Shown in pieces: positions 42,301-55,700 of a stretch of DNA of 59,207 nt (its first letter is position 1; every line of letters starts with the position of its first letter). The notes under the pieces are model-generated. The model saw only the letters and a list, made by a program, of their open reading frames with translations, did no database searches and was not told the DNA's origin. The DNA is from Trichinella spiralis (Eukaryota), in the NCBI RefSeq assembly GCF_000181795.1, contig NW_003526947.1:872846-932052 (forward strand). Reading direction: 5' to 3'. The position numbers were made by a program, and so were the translations under genes.

Positions 42301-45300
42301 TTTGAAATAAAACTTTGATTGTTATTTTGATCTCTTATACTGTAGATGATATGCTTTCATAGGCAGTATATTGATTGCCGGAAAAGGCTACATTCTTGCA
42401 GTTTTATCTTTTTCAATAAATAGTGAAAAACTTTAAGATACATTCCAACTTTATTGCTGCACAGGATGTGCGGTGCTTTTAGTCTTGCTTCAGTTAGATC
42501 AGGAAGAAGCAAACTTTTTGTACTATCGGCCACCAAGTTCATAAAAAGTGTATTATTCATATTAATTTGTATATGCAAATATACCTTCTAAGATGATGTA
42601 TCTCAATTTACTTTCTATATCGCTGAAAGAACCTGAATGTCAGTTCGGCTTGATTTTACGGTTAATACCGCCATTCATTCACCAATCATAGTAAAATAAT
42701 TTAATTAACAGAATCCTAATAAAAAATCGATGATATTAACAATTATAATTCCGTGAAACCAGGAACCTGTAAGCAATAGAAGAAAACAACACACAAATAC
42801 CGTAAAATAATACTTGATTATCATTTTGCGTACAGAAGAAGTGTTGCTGGAAGAAAAGCGTTTACACATCGCGGTGTGTTGCAGTCGTTGTCGGTTCTGC
42901 ATTGTTGGTATGGACAGTTTCTATTGCGAAAATTTATAAAGTGCTGTTATAATTCTATCCTTATTTCGACAATGTAAATGTGCCTTCCCATGAAGCGTGA
43001 CTACGTTATCCGGATAGAAATTTGCAAAAATTATCGACTGCGGAACCAATTGAGTTGACAAATGGAGAATATTCTCTGAAATAACGAATACTTTCCAACA
43101 GCAGTTTGTGCATTTACACCTCATACGTATGTATTGGGTATTTCTTGTCACAACCTGTGAAGATGGCATGTTTTCAATCAGGAATAAAAAAGAAGAAGAA
43201 TTTTTCAGAACGCACAGCACTGATGTTCTGAATGTTTGAGAAGTATAATGGGAAAATTCAGTGAGGTAGATGATATGGTACATTTATCGTTGACATTTCG
43301 GAGGATTATTCTGGTCCCTCTCAGTCTGAACTTTAACGAAGATTCTTTTGTGATGGACACGCAGCCGTATGTGCGAATAGAATTTGGCAAATATCAGCGG
43401 TCTGCATACTTCTTTCCGTTCACACGTGGGCAGCTGGACAGCCTCTGTAACAGTGTGAATGTGCCGTGGAATTCCGGTATAATATCGTTCTTGGGATTCT
43501 GAATTTTCATCCCAGCAGTTGATATGGCATCTACGAGTTCGAGATTGCAGAAGATGATTCTACGACGTCTCCGCCCAGAATTTCTGGAAGATTCCTTTAT
43601 GATGGGCCCCCAGCGGCATATGAGATTACAGTTATTGGTCATCAAGTTACCAGTTTTTAGAACATTGGAAACGGCACACGACCGTCTCGCACACCGTTGG
43701 CATTGGGATTTTGGTATTCCACACGTTACTCATGCATCCCATACGAGTTTGTCATTACAGAGAATGATTCTGGTACATGAACTCCGGCAATTTAAAGGAG
43801 AATCTTCTGTGATGGACACGCAGCCGTATGTGTGAATCGAATTTGGCAGATATCAGCGGNNNNNNNNNNNNNNNNNNNNNNNNNNNNNNNNNNNNNNNNN
43901 NNNNNNNNNNNNNNNNNNNNNNNNNNNNNNNNNNNNNNNNNNNNNNNNNNNNNNNNNNNNNNNNNNNNNNNNNNNNNNNNNNNNNNNNNNNNNNNNNNNN
44001 NNNNNNNNNNNNNNNNNNNNNNNNNNNNNNNNNNNNNNNNNNNNNNNNNNNNNNNNNNNNNNNNNNTTCAGTCGTGATGCGGTATTTTCGATTTGTAATG
44101 CAGGAGATGATCTAGTTTTTTTGCTCCGTGTTTTTCAACGGATGCACGATATGTTAAGCGCATGAATGAATTGGGATCTAAAAATTTTTTGCTTGGAGAA
44201 GTGAATGAAAACATGAAAAGAAGCGAATATCTATCAATAGCTGTTGGAGCCCTTAAATTGTTTACAATTATAAGGGTTATTTGTGTTGAATTGTTGAATA
44301 TATAATGGAAACTGTTATTGCGTATATTTCAAAAAATATCTGAATGTGAAATTTGAATTTTATTGGATACTGTCTACACGTTGCCAAGCGTCGAATCCAT
44401 CTATGAGTTGTCCGCCTATGCAGGAAATGGATAAATTGATATTTGGCCGACAAATATGATGTTACATGTTTTATATGAATGCTTTGTTATTTTTTTGTTC
44501 TGTTTGAAATAAAACTTTGATTGTTATTTTGATCTCTTATACTGTAGATGATATGCTTTCATAGGCAGTATATTGATTGCCGGAAAAGGCTACATTCTTG
44601 CAGTTTTATCTTTTTCAATAAATAGTGAAAAACTTTAAGATACATTCCAACTTTATTGCTGCACAGGATGTGCGGTGCTTTTAGTCTTGCTTCAGTTAGA
44701 TCAGGAAGAAGCAAACTTTTTGTACTATCGGCCACCAAGTTCATAAAAAGTGTATTATTCATATTAATTTGTATATGCAAATATACCTTCTAAGATGATG
44801 TATCTCAATTTACTTTCTATATCGCTGAAAGAACCTGAATGTCAGTTCGGCTTGATTTTACGGTTAATACCGCCATTCATTCACCAATCATAGTAAAATA
44901 ATTTAATTAACAGAATCCTAATAAAAAATCGATGATATTAACAATTATAATTCCGTGAAACCAGGAACCTGTAAGCAATAGAAGAAAACAACACACAAAT
45001 ACCGTAAAATAATACTTGATTATCATTTTGCGTACAGAAGAAGTGTTGCTGGAAGAAAAGCGTTTACACATCGCGGTGTGTTGCAGTCGTTGTCGGTTCT
45101 GCATTGTTGGTATGGACAGTTTCTATTGCGAAAATTTATAAAGTGCTGTTATAATTCTATCCTTATTTCGACAATGTAAATGTGCCTTCCCATGAAGCGT
45201 GACTACGTTATCCGAATCCACCACANNNNNNNNNNAATGTGCCCGTGGAACTCCGAGTATAATATTCGTTTCTGGGGATTTTGGATTTTTCATTCCCCAA

Positions 45301-47600
45301 GCAGGTTAATATGGCATTTAACGAGTTTCGAAGATTGCAGAAAATGATTTTAAGGACGTGTCCGGCCCAGAAATTTTGGAAAGATTCCTTTTATGATGGG
45401 CCCCCAAGCGGGCATATGAGATTACAGATATTGGTCATCAAGTTACCAGCTTCTAGAACATTGGAAACGGCCCACGATTGTCTCGCACACCGTTGGCTTT
45501 CTGATTTTGGTATGACTTCCATTGCTCATGCATACGAGTTTGACATACGAGGTTAACAGCTGAAAGGATGATTCTGGTGTATCAACATCCGCAATTTAAA
45601 GGAAATCCTTCTGTGAAATGCACGCAGCCGTATGTGCGAATAGAATTTGGCAGATATCAGCGGTCTGCATACTTCTTTCCGATAACACGTGGGCAGCTGG
45701 ACAGCCTCTGTATCAGTGTGAATGTGCCGTGGAATTCCGGTACAATATCGTTCTTGGGATTCTGAATTTTCATCCCAGCCGTTGATATGGCATCTACGAG
45801 TTCGAGATTGCAGAAAATGATTCTACGACGTCTCCGCCCAGAATTTCTGGAAGATTCCTTTATGATTGGCCCCAAGCGGCATATGAGATTACAGATATTA
45901 GTCATCAAGTTACCAGCTTCTAGAACATTGGAAATGGCCCACGACCGTCTTGCACACCGTTGGCTTTCTGATTTTGGTATGCCTTCTATTGCTCATGCAT
46001 ACGAGTTTGACATACGAGGTTAACAGCTGAAAGGATGATTCTGGTATATCAACATACGCAATTTAAAGGAAATCCTTCTGTGAAATGCACGCAGCCGTAT
46101 GTGTGAATCGAATTTGGCAGATATCAGCGGTCTGCATACTTCTTTCCGTTAACACGTGGACAGCTGGACAGCCTCTGNNNNNNNNNNGGGCAGCTGGACA
46201 GCCTCTGTATCAGTGTGAATGTGCCGTGGAATTCCGGTACAATATCGTTCTTGGGATTCTGAATTTTCATCCCAGCCGTTGATATGGCATCTACGAGTTC
46301 GAGATTGCAGAAAATGATTCTACGACGTGTCCGCCCAGAATTTCTGGAAGATTCTTTTATGATGGGCCCCCAGCGGCATATGAGATTACAGATATTGGTC
46401 ATCAAGTTACCAGCTTCTAGAACATTGGAAACCACCCACGATTGTCTCGCACACCGTTGGCTTTCTGATTTTGGTATGCCTTCCATTGCTCATGCATACG
46501 AGTTTGACATACGAGGTTAACAGCTGAAAGGATGATTCTGGTGTATCAACATCCGCAATTTAAAGGAAATCCTTCTGTGAAATGCACGCAGCCGTATGTG
46601 CGAATAGAATTTGGCAGATATCAGCGGTCTGCATACTTCTTTCCGATAACACGTGGACAGCTGGACAGCCTCTGTATCAGTGTGAATGTGCCGTGGAATT
46701 CCGGTACAATATCGTTCTTGGGATTCTGAATTTTCATCCCAGCTGTTGATATGGCATGTACGAGTTCGAGATTGCAGAAAATGATTCTACGACGTCTCCG
46801 CCCAGAATTTCTGGAAGATTCCTTTATGATTGGCCCCAAGCGGCATATGAGATTACAGATATTAGTCATCAAGTTACCAGCTTCTAGAACATTGGAAACG
46901 GCCCACGACCGTCTTGCACACCGTTGGCTTTCTGATTTTGGTATGCCTTCTATTGCTCATGCATACGAGTTTGACATACGAGGTTAACAGCTGAAAGGAT
47001 GATTCTGGTATATCAACATCCGCAATTTAAAGGAAATCCTTCTGTGAAATACACGCAGGCGTATGTGCGAATAGAATTTGGCAAATATCAGCTGTCTTCA
47101 AAGTTTTTTCGGTTAACACGTGAACAGCCGTCCATTATTGTGAATGAGCCGTAGAATATCTGTAGAATATCAGACTTGGGATTCTCAATTTTTGTTTCAG
47201 TCTGTGATTTGGTATTTTGGATTTTGTAGTTGCAGAAGATGATTCTATTTGTTTTTTGCTCTGTGTTTTCAACGGATGCACGATATGTTGAACCACGTGA
47301 ATGAATTGGATCTAATAATTTTTAGGTTTGAAGAAGTGAATCAAAAGATGAAAAGAAGCAAATATTTATCAATTGCTGTTGGAGCCCTTAAATTATTTAG
47401 AATTATAAGGGTTATTCGTGTTGAATTGTTGAATATGTAATGAAAATTGTTATTGAGTGTAATTGAAAAAATATCTGTATGTGTAATCTGAGTTTTATTG
47501 GATACTGCTACTCATTTCCGTGCGTCGAATCCATCACTGGATTTTTTGCCTATGCAGAGAATGTATAAATTCATATTTCTTTTCTTGGCCGACAAATAAG
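33400..47600 (-). repeat. Nested higher-order tandem array: five gene-like macro-units containing ~15 copies of a 459/467-bp subunit
   Basis: A near-identical ~1.5-kb block recurs (marker ORF at 34586, 38862, 42357, 44559; gap-free period 3495 bp). Subunit marker at 35753, 36561, 37028, 38066, 40029, 40488, 40955, 41422, 43524, 45787, 46284, 46751 plus low-quality copies; spacings 459 or 467 bp. Several N gaps. The strand call rests on conserved splice signals. Confidence 0.95.
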
Positions 47601-47608
47601 ATGTTGTT

Positions 47609-47680
47609 GGGCTACGGACTTGGCTGTTTTGCGAAAAACGGCGGATTGCTATTTTTGAAAATTTAGACGTTTTTTGATTG
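47609..47680. repeat. Dispersed repeat, possibly a transposon terminus; second copy at ~57248-57320
   Basis: gggctacggacttggctgttttgcgaaaaacggcg versus gagctatagacttggctgcttttgcgaaaatcggcg. Confidence 0.6.
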
Positions 47681-49464
47681 CTAGACTTTCACACTGATCG
47701 ATGAAAATGTTATGCAGAGTTTCATCGGCAACTGCCCAATAATTGTGGAATTAATGGCTTCTAAATGTGGCGATTTGCCAGTCGAATATAATTCATCACC
47801 TCTTCACTACCTTATTGATTCTCTGGAAGAGTCTTCATGCAAATTTTCATTTGTTTGTTCTTTGTACGCTTATTTAGCTTAAGTTTCTCTGATTGATATT
47901 AAACTTCTTACGGCGTGTTTGCAATGACTTTCTCGACATTTCGAAGCGGAAAATCCTGTATTAGCAGGTTTGGTATTTCCTTATTGTTGTATGCTTTTTT
48001 AATTAATTTTTTCCATTTATAAAACATGATGTAGACCAGATGTATATGAACAAAGAGAAGATGTTGTTGTTATATCTTGAATTTTAATTTGAATTTCTGA
48101 TAATATTTTTTTCTATAGTTTTTATAAATGTGAGCTGTAACTTATTGTGATGTTTATTAATCGGTGTTATAGAATGTCTCACCCTCAGTGAACTATGTTC
48201 TTTTAGTAAATTGTGTATCTTATCACGTTTGAACATACTATTAGCGTAGGAACGTTTAAACATCACAAACAATGTAATCAACAGTTATCAGAGAGTAATG
48301 CTACTAATAGAGATTTTATTGTTTTACTATACATATAATTTCCTCTTTTTGAGATAAATTTTGTAATGGAAAACTATAATTCAGGTTCTCTTAAATTAAG
48401 AAGACATAAACATAGTATGACTGTAAGAAAGTAATTAACTTATGTGAGGCGCAATGGAATAACTGTAGATAACGGGTTTTTATATTTTATAAATGGAATT
48501 TGAATCTCATCAATGCATGCTAATGTATGCCGTGTTGGAAAGCAGTACGGTAAACGGAAGCTTTATTAGATAATATAGTTTTTAAATAGTCTAGAAATTT
48601 ATTGAAAATTAATTAGAAAATTTAAAGTACAACGTTAGTGCATTACTATGACTTTTCATTGCTAATTAATAAGTTAAATTGCACTGTTTAGAAAATGGCA
48701 TTCTTTTTTCAGTTTAAGCGACTGTTGTAACTTTTCATATATGTTTGAAAAACATTGATTAGAATGCTTCAAACAATGGAATAGCAAAAATGAGATGTAA
48801 TGTATTACATTACAAACTAATAAGATGTTCTAATTCCGTAATTGTAACTAATCGTCAAATGTTTCGAAACTAATATAATATTGCGTAACTACAAAGAAAA
48901 GATTCATGACAAGAATTTTTTTGTTATTGTATCGAATGTATTGCGATTCTACTAATTTAGGTTTCTTGACGATCAATTGAATGGAATTCCTGAAATTATT
49001 ACTGCTAAATGACCACTATCTCCTGTGAATCAAAAATTATGCGTCGAAAATGTTTGCCTTGCTAAAAAGCAAACATTTCACACATTGCGGTCCCAACTGC
49101 CATCTATTTCACGCAATAAGTTTCAATTAATATTAAATGCATGGTTATTTGAATTTACCATCGCCAAGTAATAATGACAGAACTGCCATTTGCATAATAA
49201 GTATTTAATGTAGCTGACCGCGGTGAAAATTGATTTGAAATGCTAAGAAATTAAATAAATTCACAATTCATGTCAAATTATTGGGCTCAAGCATGGTATT
49301 TGTTCGAATCTTTCGAGGAACCCTCCAGTTTTTACGGTGAAACTTATTTTATGCTTCACAGAAATTACAGCATATTGTAAAATAATTTTATGATTAGTGT
49401 AAGCAACTGAGTGCCACTTTTACGTATGGAAATTTTCAATAACCCGCAATCGATGACATTTTGA

Positions 49465-49686
49465 GATATTTGATAAAGTTGCCGGTTTGAGCATTTGAAA
49501 TTTATAGAAAAAAACGACAGCCATATTGCACGAAATAGCTTTCTAATGTGATAATTTTGAATAATTCTCATCTTCGAATTGTATTAAGTCAAAAAAATTC
49601 AGTAAACAACGGTTTTTGTTTTTGAAAGTTATTGTTTTTTAAATGAAAATAAGGAACAATTCTTATTAAAATCGATTCCTTTTTTC
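49465..49686. repeat. ~220-bp dispersed direct repeat; second copy at ~56766-56986
   Basis: Collinear match from gatatttgataaagttgccggtttga to attccttttttc with scattered substitutions. Confidence 0.85.
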
Positions 49687-51443
49687 GGGTGAAAACATTC
49701 ATAATTTTGTTCATAACATTGATAATGAACTCTGTAAAATATTTGAATAACAATTAGAAACTATTTGCCATACTCAATTAAGTGTTCAATTTCAATTTTG
49801 CAATTATCAAATTTGAATTTGAAAAAATAACTTCTACTCTAAATTAAATTTAANNNNNNNNNNNNNNNNNNNNNNNNNNNNNNNNNNNNNNNNNNNNNNN
49901 NNNNNNNNNNNNNNNNNNNNNNNNNNNNNNNNNNNNNNNNNNNNNNNNNNNNNNNNNNNNNNNNNNNNNNNNNNNNNNNNNNNNNNNATTCCTTTTTTCG
50001 GGTGAAAACATTCATAATTTTGTTCATAACATTGATAATGAACTCTGTAAAATATTTGAATAACAATTAGAAACTATTTGCCATACTCAATTAAGTGTTC
50101 AATTTCAATTTTGCAATTATCAAATTTGAATTTGAAAAATAACTTCTACTCTAATTAATTTAACACTATGAGTGTCACTTTAAACAAGTGAGTGTCATTT
50201 GAAAATTAATTTTTTCAATAAAAATAGCCATAAATGCGGATAATGAAAAATGTTATATAGCATTTTTATTCCATTCCTACTGGCAGGTAGAATGGTTGAT
50301 TGTTCTTCATCTACTGCCGGCCGATATAGCAAAATCAGCACGCCTAGAAGGGGTCAGAACGCGTAGTGTACAAATACACTAAAACCTATGTTGCCTACTG
50401 AATTAGCCTGAAAGCGGCTGAAAATAACAAAATCAGCACGCCTAGAAGGCATTCAGTTCTAACCCCAATGGTCAGCTGAGTATTGCAACCAAAATACAAG
50501 GCTGCAATCTCGAAAATGTGCAGCAGAATTAGATAATAAAGTAAAGACAAATGAAAAGACATTTGATTCTGCCAAGTGGAAGATAAATTCCACCTTTTAT
50601 AAAGGCGTTAAAGCTATATATTTGCTAAATAATTGCGCTTCAACTGAGCATTACAGATATAAAAGTAAAAACAAGACAACTACTAAATGATTAATGTTGG
50701 AGTTGAATAAAATATTATGTGACAATTTCAGACGATAGCTGTGGTGAATAAAATATAAATTACTGTTGAAACTGAAAGATAAGTTCAATTTTGGCAAGAT
50801 TACAATAAGCAAGAAAGTGGTCAGCATTGCTCGCTATCAATGGCAAAGAACAACACAATTTTAATTTCTTTTTTCTTTCCCACCCCCTTTAAAAGCTAAA
50901 TTACAAAAATTTGATTGTCTAGTTCAAGTACTGTACTGTACTTGTTATTTGAATAAACAGGACTTGCTGCATTTGAAAAGAGTAATGTAATAAAGGTCAA
51001 TTTTACGATAAATGATTGATTTATCCATGCATTAGATGTATGAAGCATAGAAGAAAATTGTAAGAAAAGAAGAAAAAGAAAAAAGTACTGTTATTTGAAT
51101 GGTTTCATGGCAAGTTTATGCAAATATAACAGTTGAAGAAGTATGTATTGATGAGGAAATTGAGAAAATTAATTCTGTAAAATATTTGAATAACAATTAG
51201 AAACTATTTCCCATACACAATTAAGTGTTCAGTTTCAATTTTGCAATTATCAAATTTGAATTAAAAATAACTTCTGCTCTAAATAATTTAACATTATGAG
51301 GTTACTTTAAAGAAGTCAATGCTGTCATTTAAACAAGTTTGAATGCCAAATTGTTTAAACACTTTAAAGCATGAGTTACGTCTTGTATGCCGCGTTCTTT
51401 AGTTCTTATCAAAGTTCGAGCTTGATAGTTGCACTGAATTGCG

Positions 51444-51674
51444 ATGTGGAAGGAAGGTACTTTCGCGCTTTTCGTGCTTTCCGCTTTGTGCGTGTTGGTC
51501 GCATTTGGGTATATGATTTACAGAGCAGTAAAGTTGGGGAAGAAGGAAAGAAAAAAGAAGATCCAGCAGACAAAGCAAAACGTGAATAAATTCCTTGACT
51601 TGCTACCACCACCGGGACAGACGGCGCCGTTGGACAGTGAAATTCTTCAACAAATGCTTGAGCAGTCGTCATGA
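51444..51674 (+). CDS. Putative 76-aa single-pass membrane microprotein, copy 1
   Basis: ATG-initiated ORF in a GC-richer island: hydrophobic helix FALFVLSALCVLVAFGYMIY, then basic RAVKLGKKERKKK, then a PPP-containing tail; in-frame upstream stop; AATAAA ~100 bp downstream. Confidence 0.6.
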   Translation: MWKEGTFALFVLSALCVLVAFGYMIYRAVKLGKKERKKKIQQTKQNVNKFLDLLPPPGQTAPLDSEILQQMLEQSS

Positions 51675-52509
51675 AAGCTGATTCGAACAGCAGCACTGTT
51701 TTTATTAATATTCGCTTTTATAAATAATTTCAATAGAAATGTTGTTCTCTGTTTTAATGTCAAAAATTTTTGAAAATAAAATTTACTATATTTTGTATTG
51801 TTTTTAAATAGATTTAATGGGAAATTTTNNNNNNNNNNTGAAAGATAAGTTCAATTTTGGCAAGATTACAATAAGCAAGAAAGTGGTCAGCATTGCTCGC
51901 TATCAATGGCAAAGAACAACACAATTTTAATTTCTTTTTTCTTTCCCACCCCCTTTAAAAGTTAAATTACAAAAATTTGATTGTCTAGTTCAAGTACTGT
52001 ACTGTACTTGTTATTTGAATAAACAGGACTTGCTGCATTTGAAAAGAGTAATGTAATAAAGGTCAATTTTACGATAAATGATTGATTTATCCATGCATTA
52101 GATGTATGAAGCATAGAAGAAAATTGTAAGAAAAGAAGAAAAAGAAAAAAGTACTGTTATTTGAATGGTTTCATGGCAAGTTTATGCAAATATAACAGTT
52201 GAAGAAGTATGTATTGATGAGGAAATTGAGAAAATTAATTCTGTAAAATATTTGAATAACAATTAGAAACTATTTCCCATACACAATTAAGTGTTCAGTT
52301 TCAATTTTGCAATTATCAAATTTGAATTAAAAATAACTTCTGCTCTAAATAATTTAACATTATGAGGTTACTTTAAAGAAGTCAATGCTGTCATTTAAAC
52401 AAGTTTGAATGCCAAATTGTTTAAACACTTTAAAGCATGAGTTACGTCTTGTATGCCGCGTTCTTTAGTTCTTATCAAAGTTCGAGCTTGATAGTTGCAT
52501 TAAATTGCG

Positions 52510-52740
52510 ATGTGGAAGGAAGGTACTTTCGCGCTTTTCGTGCTTTCCGCTTTGTGCGTGTTGGTCGCATTTGGGTATATGATTTACAGAGCAGTAAAGT
52601 TGGGGAAGAAGGAAAGAAAAAAGAAGATCCAGCAGACAAAGCAAAACGTGAATAAATTCCTTGACTTGCTACCACCACCGGGACAGACGGCGCCGTTGGA
52701 CAGTGAAATTCTTCAACAAATGCTTGAGCAGTCATCATGA
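52510..52740 (+). CDS. Putative 76-aa single-pass membrane microprotein, copy 2
   Basis: Same protein as 51444-51674; one synonymous difference seen (TCG/TCA). Confidence 0.55.
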   Translation: MWKEGTFALFVLSALCVLVAFGYMIYRAVKLGKKERKKKIQQTKQNVNKFLDLLPPPGQTAPLDSEILQQMLEQSS

Positions 52741-55700
52741 AAGCTGATTCGATCAGCAGCACTGTTTTTAATATTCGTTTTTATAAATAATTTCAATAGA
52801 AATGTTGTTCTTTGTTTTAATGTTAAAAATTCTTGAAAATAAAATTTACTATATTTTGTTTTGTTTTTAAATAGATTTAATGGAAATTTTCAAATTTGTA
52901 AGCACTGCTATATACATTTTTGCCTTAGAATTAGCAGTTTTTGTGGTTAGGGCTTAAAAATGAAAATCCAGTCGTTGAAACGGCAAGAAATGGGAAAATA
53001 TTGTTACACAGCTTAATCATTTCCTTTCTAGCGCTGCTTTGATAGTTAATTTTTGAAATTCAGCTGTTGCTGAAAATTCTCTCTTCTGCATAAAATTCAA
53101 CCTGACGAACACACACGTTTATCCAAACGATCTTGAATTCGCATATGAATCTTCATTTGTCAAAATATGATGTTATTTCTCATCAACAAAATTCATTATA
53201 AAAATTGAATTATTGTATTACGTTTATAATTTAATTATCAACACTTCAGAAGCATTTGTTTGATAAAAATTTACATATTTTGAAAATCACGGAACACTGA
53301 ATGATATTATGCTTTACTATCATTCTGTAAATAATCTAATATTTAATCGACGTGCATCAGTAGATGAACAGTTAAATATTTTGAACTGCTTTTCGGTAAG
53401 ATGATGGAATTTGTGTTTAGGTGGTGTTAAAAATTTTCTCGCTTAATTTCTGATGGTTATTAACAACTGCCTTTTGTCTGCTTTTTGGGACAAGCAAATT
53501 TCCTTTCTGTTAATATTTTATCGTGTTGAGCTATTTAATAGTTGTCAAACGTTCATTAATTCCGCTACTAGGATAGCAGAGGTTAGTAATTAGATAGATC
53601 AGCCCAATTATGCGATAGGCAGAAGAATGACTCTTTCGCATTTTCCATATGCAGCTAATTGAAGCTGAATTCAAGTACCACAAGTGACGTGATTGACAAC
53701 TTCTGACACAATGTATTTTGTTTAAAATATTCCATTCATTTCTCATGATGCATGTGGCTACGTCTTACGGCATGGAAAGGTACACGGCAGCACTCTGAAT
53801 TCCTGCTTTAAATTAAAATTAATTGTTTTACTGTACATTTTCTGTGGAATGTATTTCTTTTTTGAAAAAGCCATTTTCGAATCTGAAGTACGAAGCATTA
53901 AAAAGTAATTTCTTATTTCCGAATAATTTTTCACGAGGGTTTAGATTTTCATATTTAGGCAGGTTAAAGTGCACTTGGCTTGTACTATAACTAAATAGTA
54001 GATTTTCCTTCATCAGACTTTAAAATACGAAATGATAAATAATGCTAATGTTTTGATACTTTGCGTAAACATTGATAATTTATGACTATCTTTTCAGTGA
54101 TTTTCAATTTTGCACGTTATATGACAGTTTTGAACTTTGAAGAAACATGATTTGCCGATTATAATGGTTAATAGAAATATTTGATTGCTTCATCAACTCG
54201 AATTATGTTATCCGAAGGCAAATTGAAATGAAGCGTGTTTCTCTGACATCGAAATGTATTCGTGAGATCTCGCTATTTGTTTGCCTTTCTGTTAACATAC
54301 ACCAAAATTATGTCGGCCCAGTGGAGTGAACAATGGAAGTAGTACTTGTTCACCAATTAATTACATGGAAAACTCTATGTAAGTGCTATGCAATCACTTT
54401 TGCGTCATTCGTAGAAATAATTTTTGGCTAATGGTATGCTGAGAGTGAACGGTGCTGCGTTTTCAATAGAAAGACGGTCGTAGGCCCATAAATTAGATGT
54501 GATTTTTTGTTCATTTTATTATAATTTCTAGAAATTTTTTGTCGTGGTTTGGAAATGCATATAAAGAAGGATGGATCTCAACCAAACGGAGACCCTAATT
54601 TAGTTAAGTCTCACTTTTCTTTACTTATTTCATCTTTTTTACTGTAATGTATTTTCTGAAATTTCACGTCTAAGAGGACAAGCGCTTTATTAGGAAAATT
54701 TTATAGACGTAGAATAGTCAAAGTATTCTATTATAAATGAGATATGTGCAAAAGGTGTCAGTGTTTACGATTAGCAGCAATTGAAATTTTAGTTTGTCCA
54801 GATATTCATTGTCGAGATACTTTACGTGAAGGTTGTTCGTCTGACGTGATGTATATCAACATTTTTTGTTAACTTGATAACATTGACTACAAATGAATTT
54901 AACAATGCCGTCAGATAAAGTTATCTCAGTTAATTATTCATCGCGGGAAGGCAACAAAAACTTATGATCCTTTTTAATTAATAAACAATATTCAGTTATC
55001 CACCTGATTTCTTTTGAAAGTCTTTAATTTGAACAATTTTTTAGAGGGCAGTTTGTTGGCAGTTGCTTTTGATGTTCAGTAATTAGGGCCCGTTTATTAT
55101 GAATGAGATTTATTTTGATATGTTTCTGATATTTTTACATTTACTGGCAATTTTTTAATATTTTTATTGGTCATACTTGCCCCATGATGAGTCAAGCAAA
55201 NNNNNNNNNNNNNNNNNNNNNNNNNNNNNNNNNNNNNNNNNNNNNNNNNNNNNNNNNNNNNNNNNNNNNNNNNNNNNNNNNNNNNNNNNNNNNNNNNNNN
55301 NNNNNNNNNNNNNNNNNNNNNNNNNNNNNNNNNNNNNNNNNNNNNNNNNNNNNNNNNNNNNNNNNNNNNNNNNNNNNNNNNNNNNNNNNNNNNNNNNNNN
55401 NNNNNNNNNNNNNNNNNNNNNNNNNNNNNNNNNNNNNNNNNNNNNNNNNNNNNNNNNNNNNNNNNNNNNNNNNNNNNNNNNNNNNNNNNNNNNNNNNNNN
55501 NNNNNNNNNNNNNNNNNNNNNNNNNNNNNNNNNNNNNNNNNNNNNNNNNNNNNNNNNNNNNNNNNNNNNNNNNNNNNNNNNNNNNNNNNNNNNNNNNNNN
55601 NNNNNNNNNNNNNNNNNNNNNNNNNNNTTGATAGAGTGATATGATAAAATTAAATATAATGTAGCATCAAATAATAAATACAAATCCTTTTCAATAGTCT

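Larger units (their letters stand above)
50773..52890 (+). repeat. ~1.06-kb tandem duplication separated by a 10-N gap
   Basis: 50773-51828 matches 51839-52890 (offset 1066) with a handful of substitutions and small indels. Confidence 0.9.

Noticed and set aside
33980..46987. Many repeated 60-120-aa ORFs in the array (MASTSSRLQ..., MMTNICNL..., MYHIIYL...) as real proteins
   Set aside because: They overlap on both strands, mostly use non-ATG starts or follow stops, show no recognisable domain, and recur only because the DNA is repeated.
33400..47600. Array as CRISPR, rDNA/5S or spliced-leader RNA repeat
   Set aside because: Eukaryotic context, no short repeat-unique spacer pattern, and no recognisable rRNA sequence or leader-GT-Sm-site arrangement.
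49675..50163. ~180-bp direct repeat on both sides of an N gap
   Set aside because: Identical sequence abutting a gap is most simply an unmerged contig overlap; 36049 onward and 46188 onward may be similar.
55177..55683. Long ORFs spanning N runs (also 43828-44115 and 49839-50066)
   Set aside because: Artefacts of translating assembly gaps.
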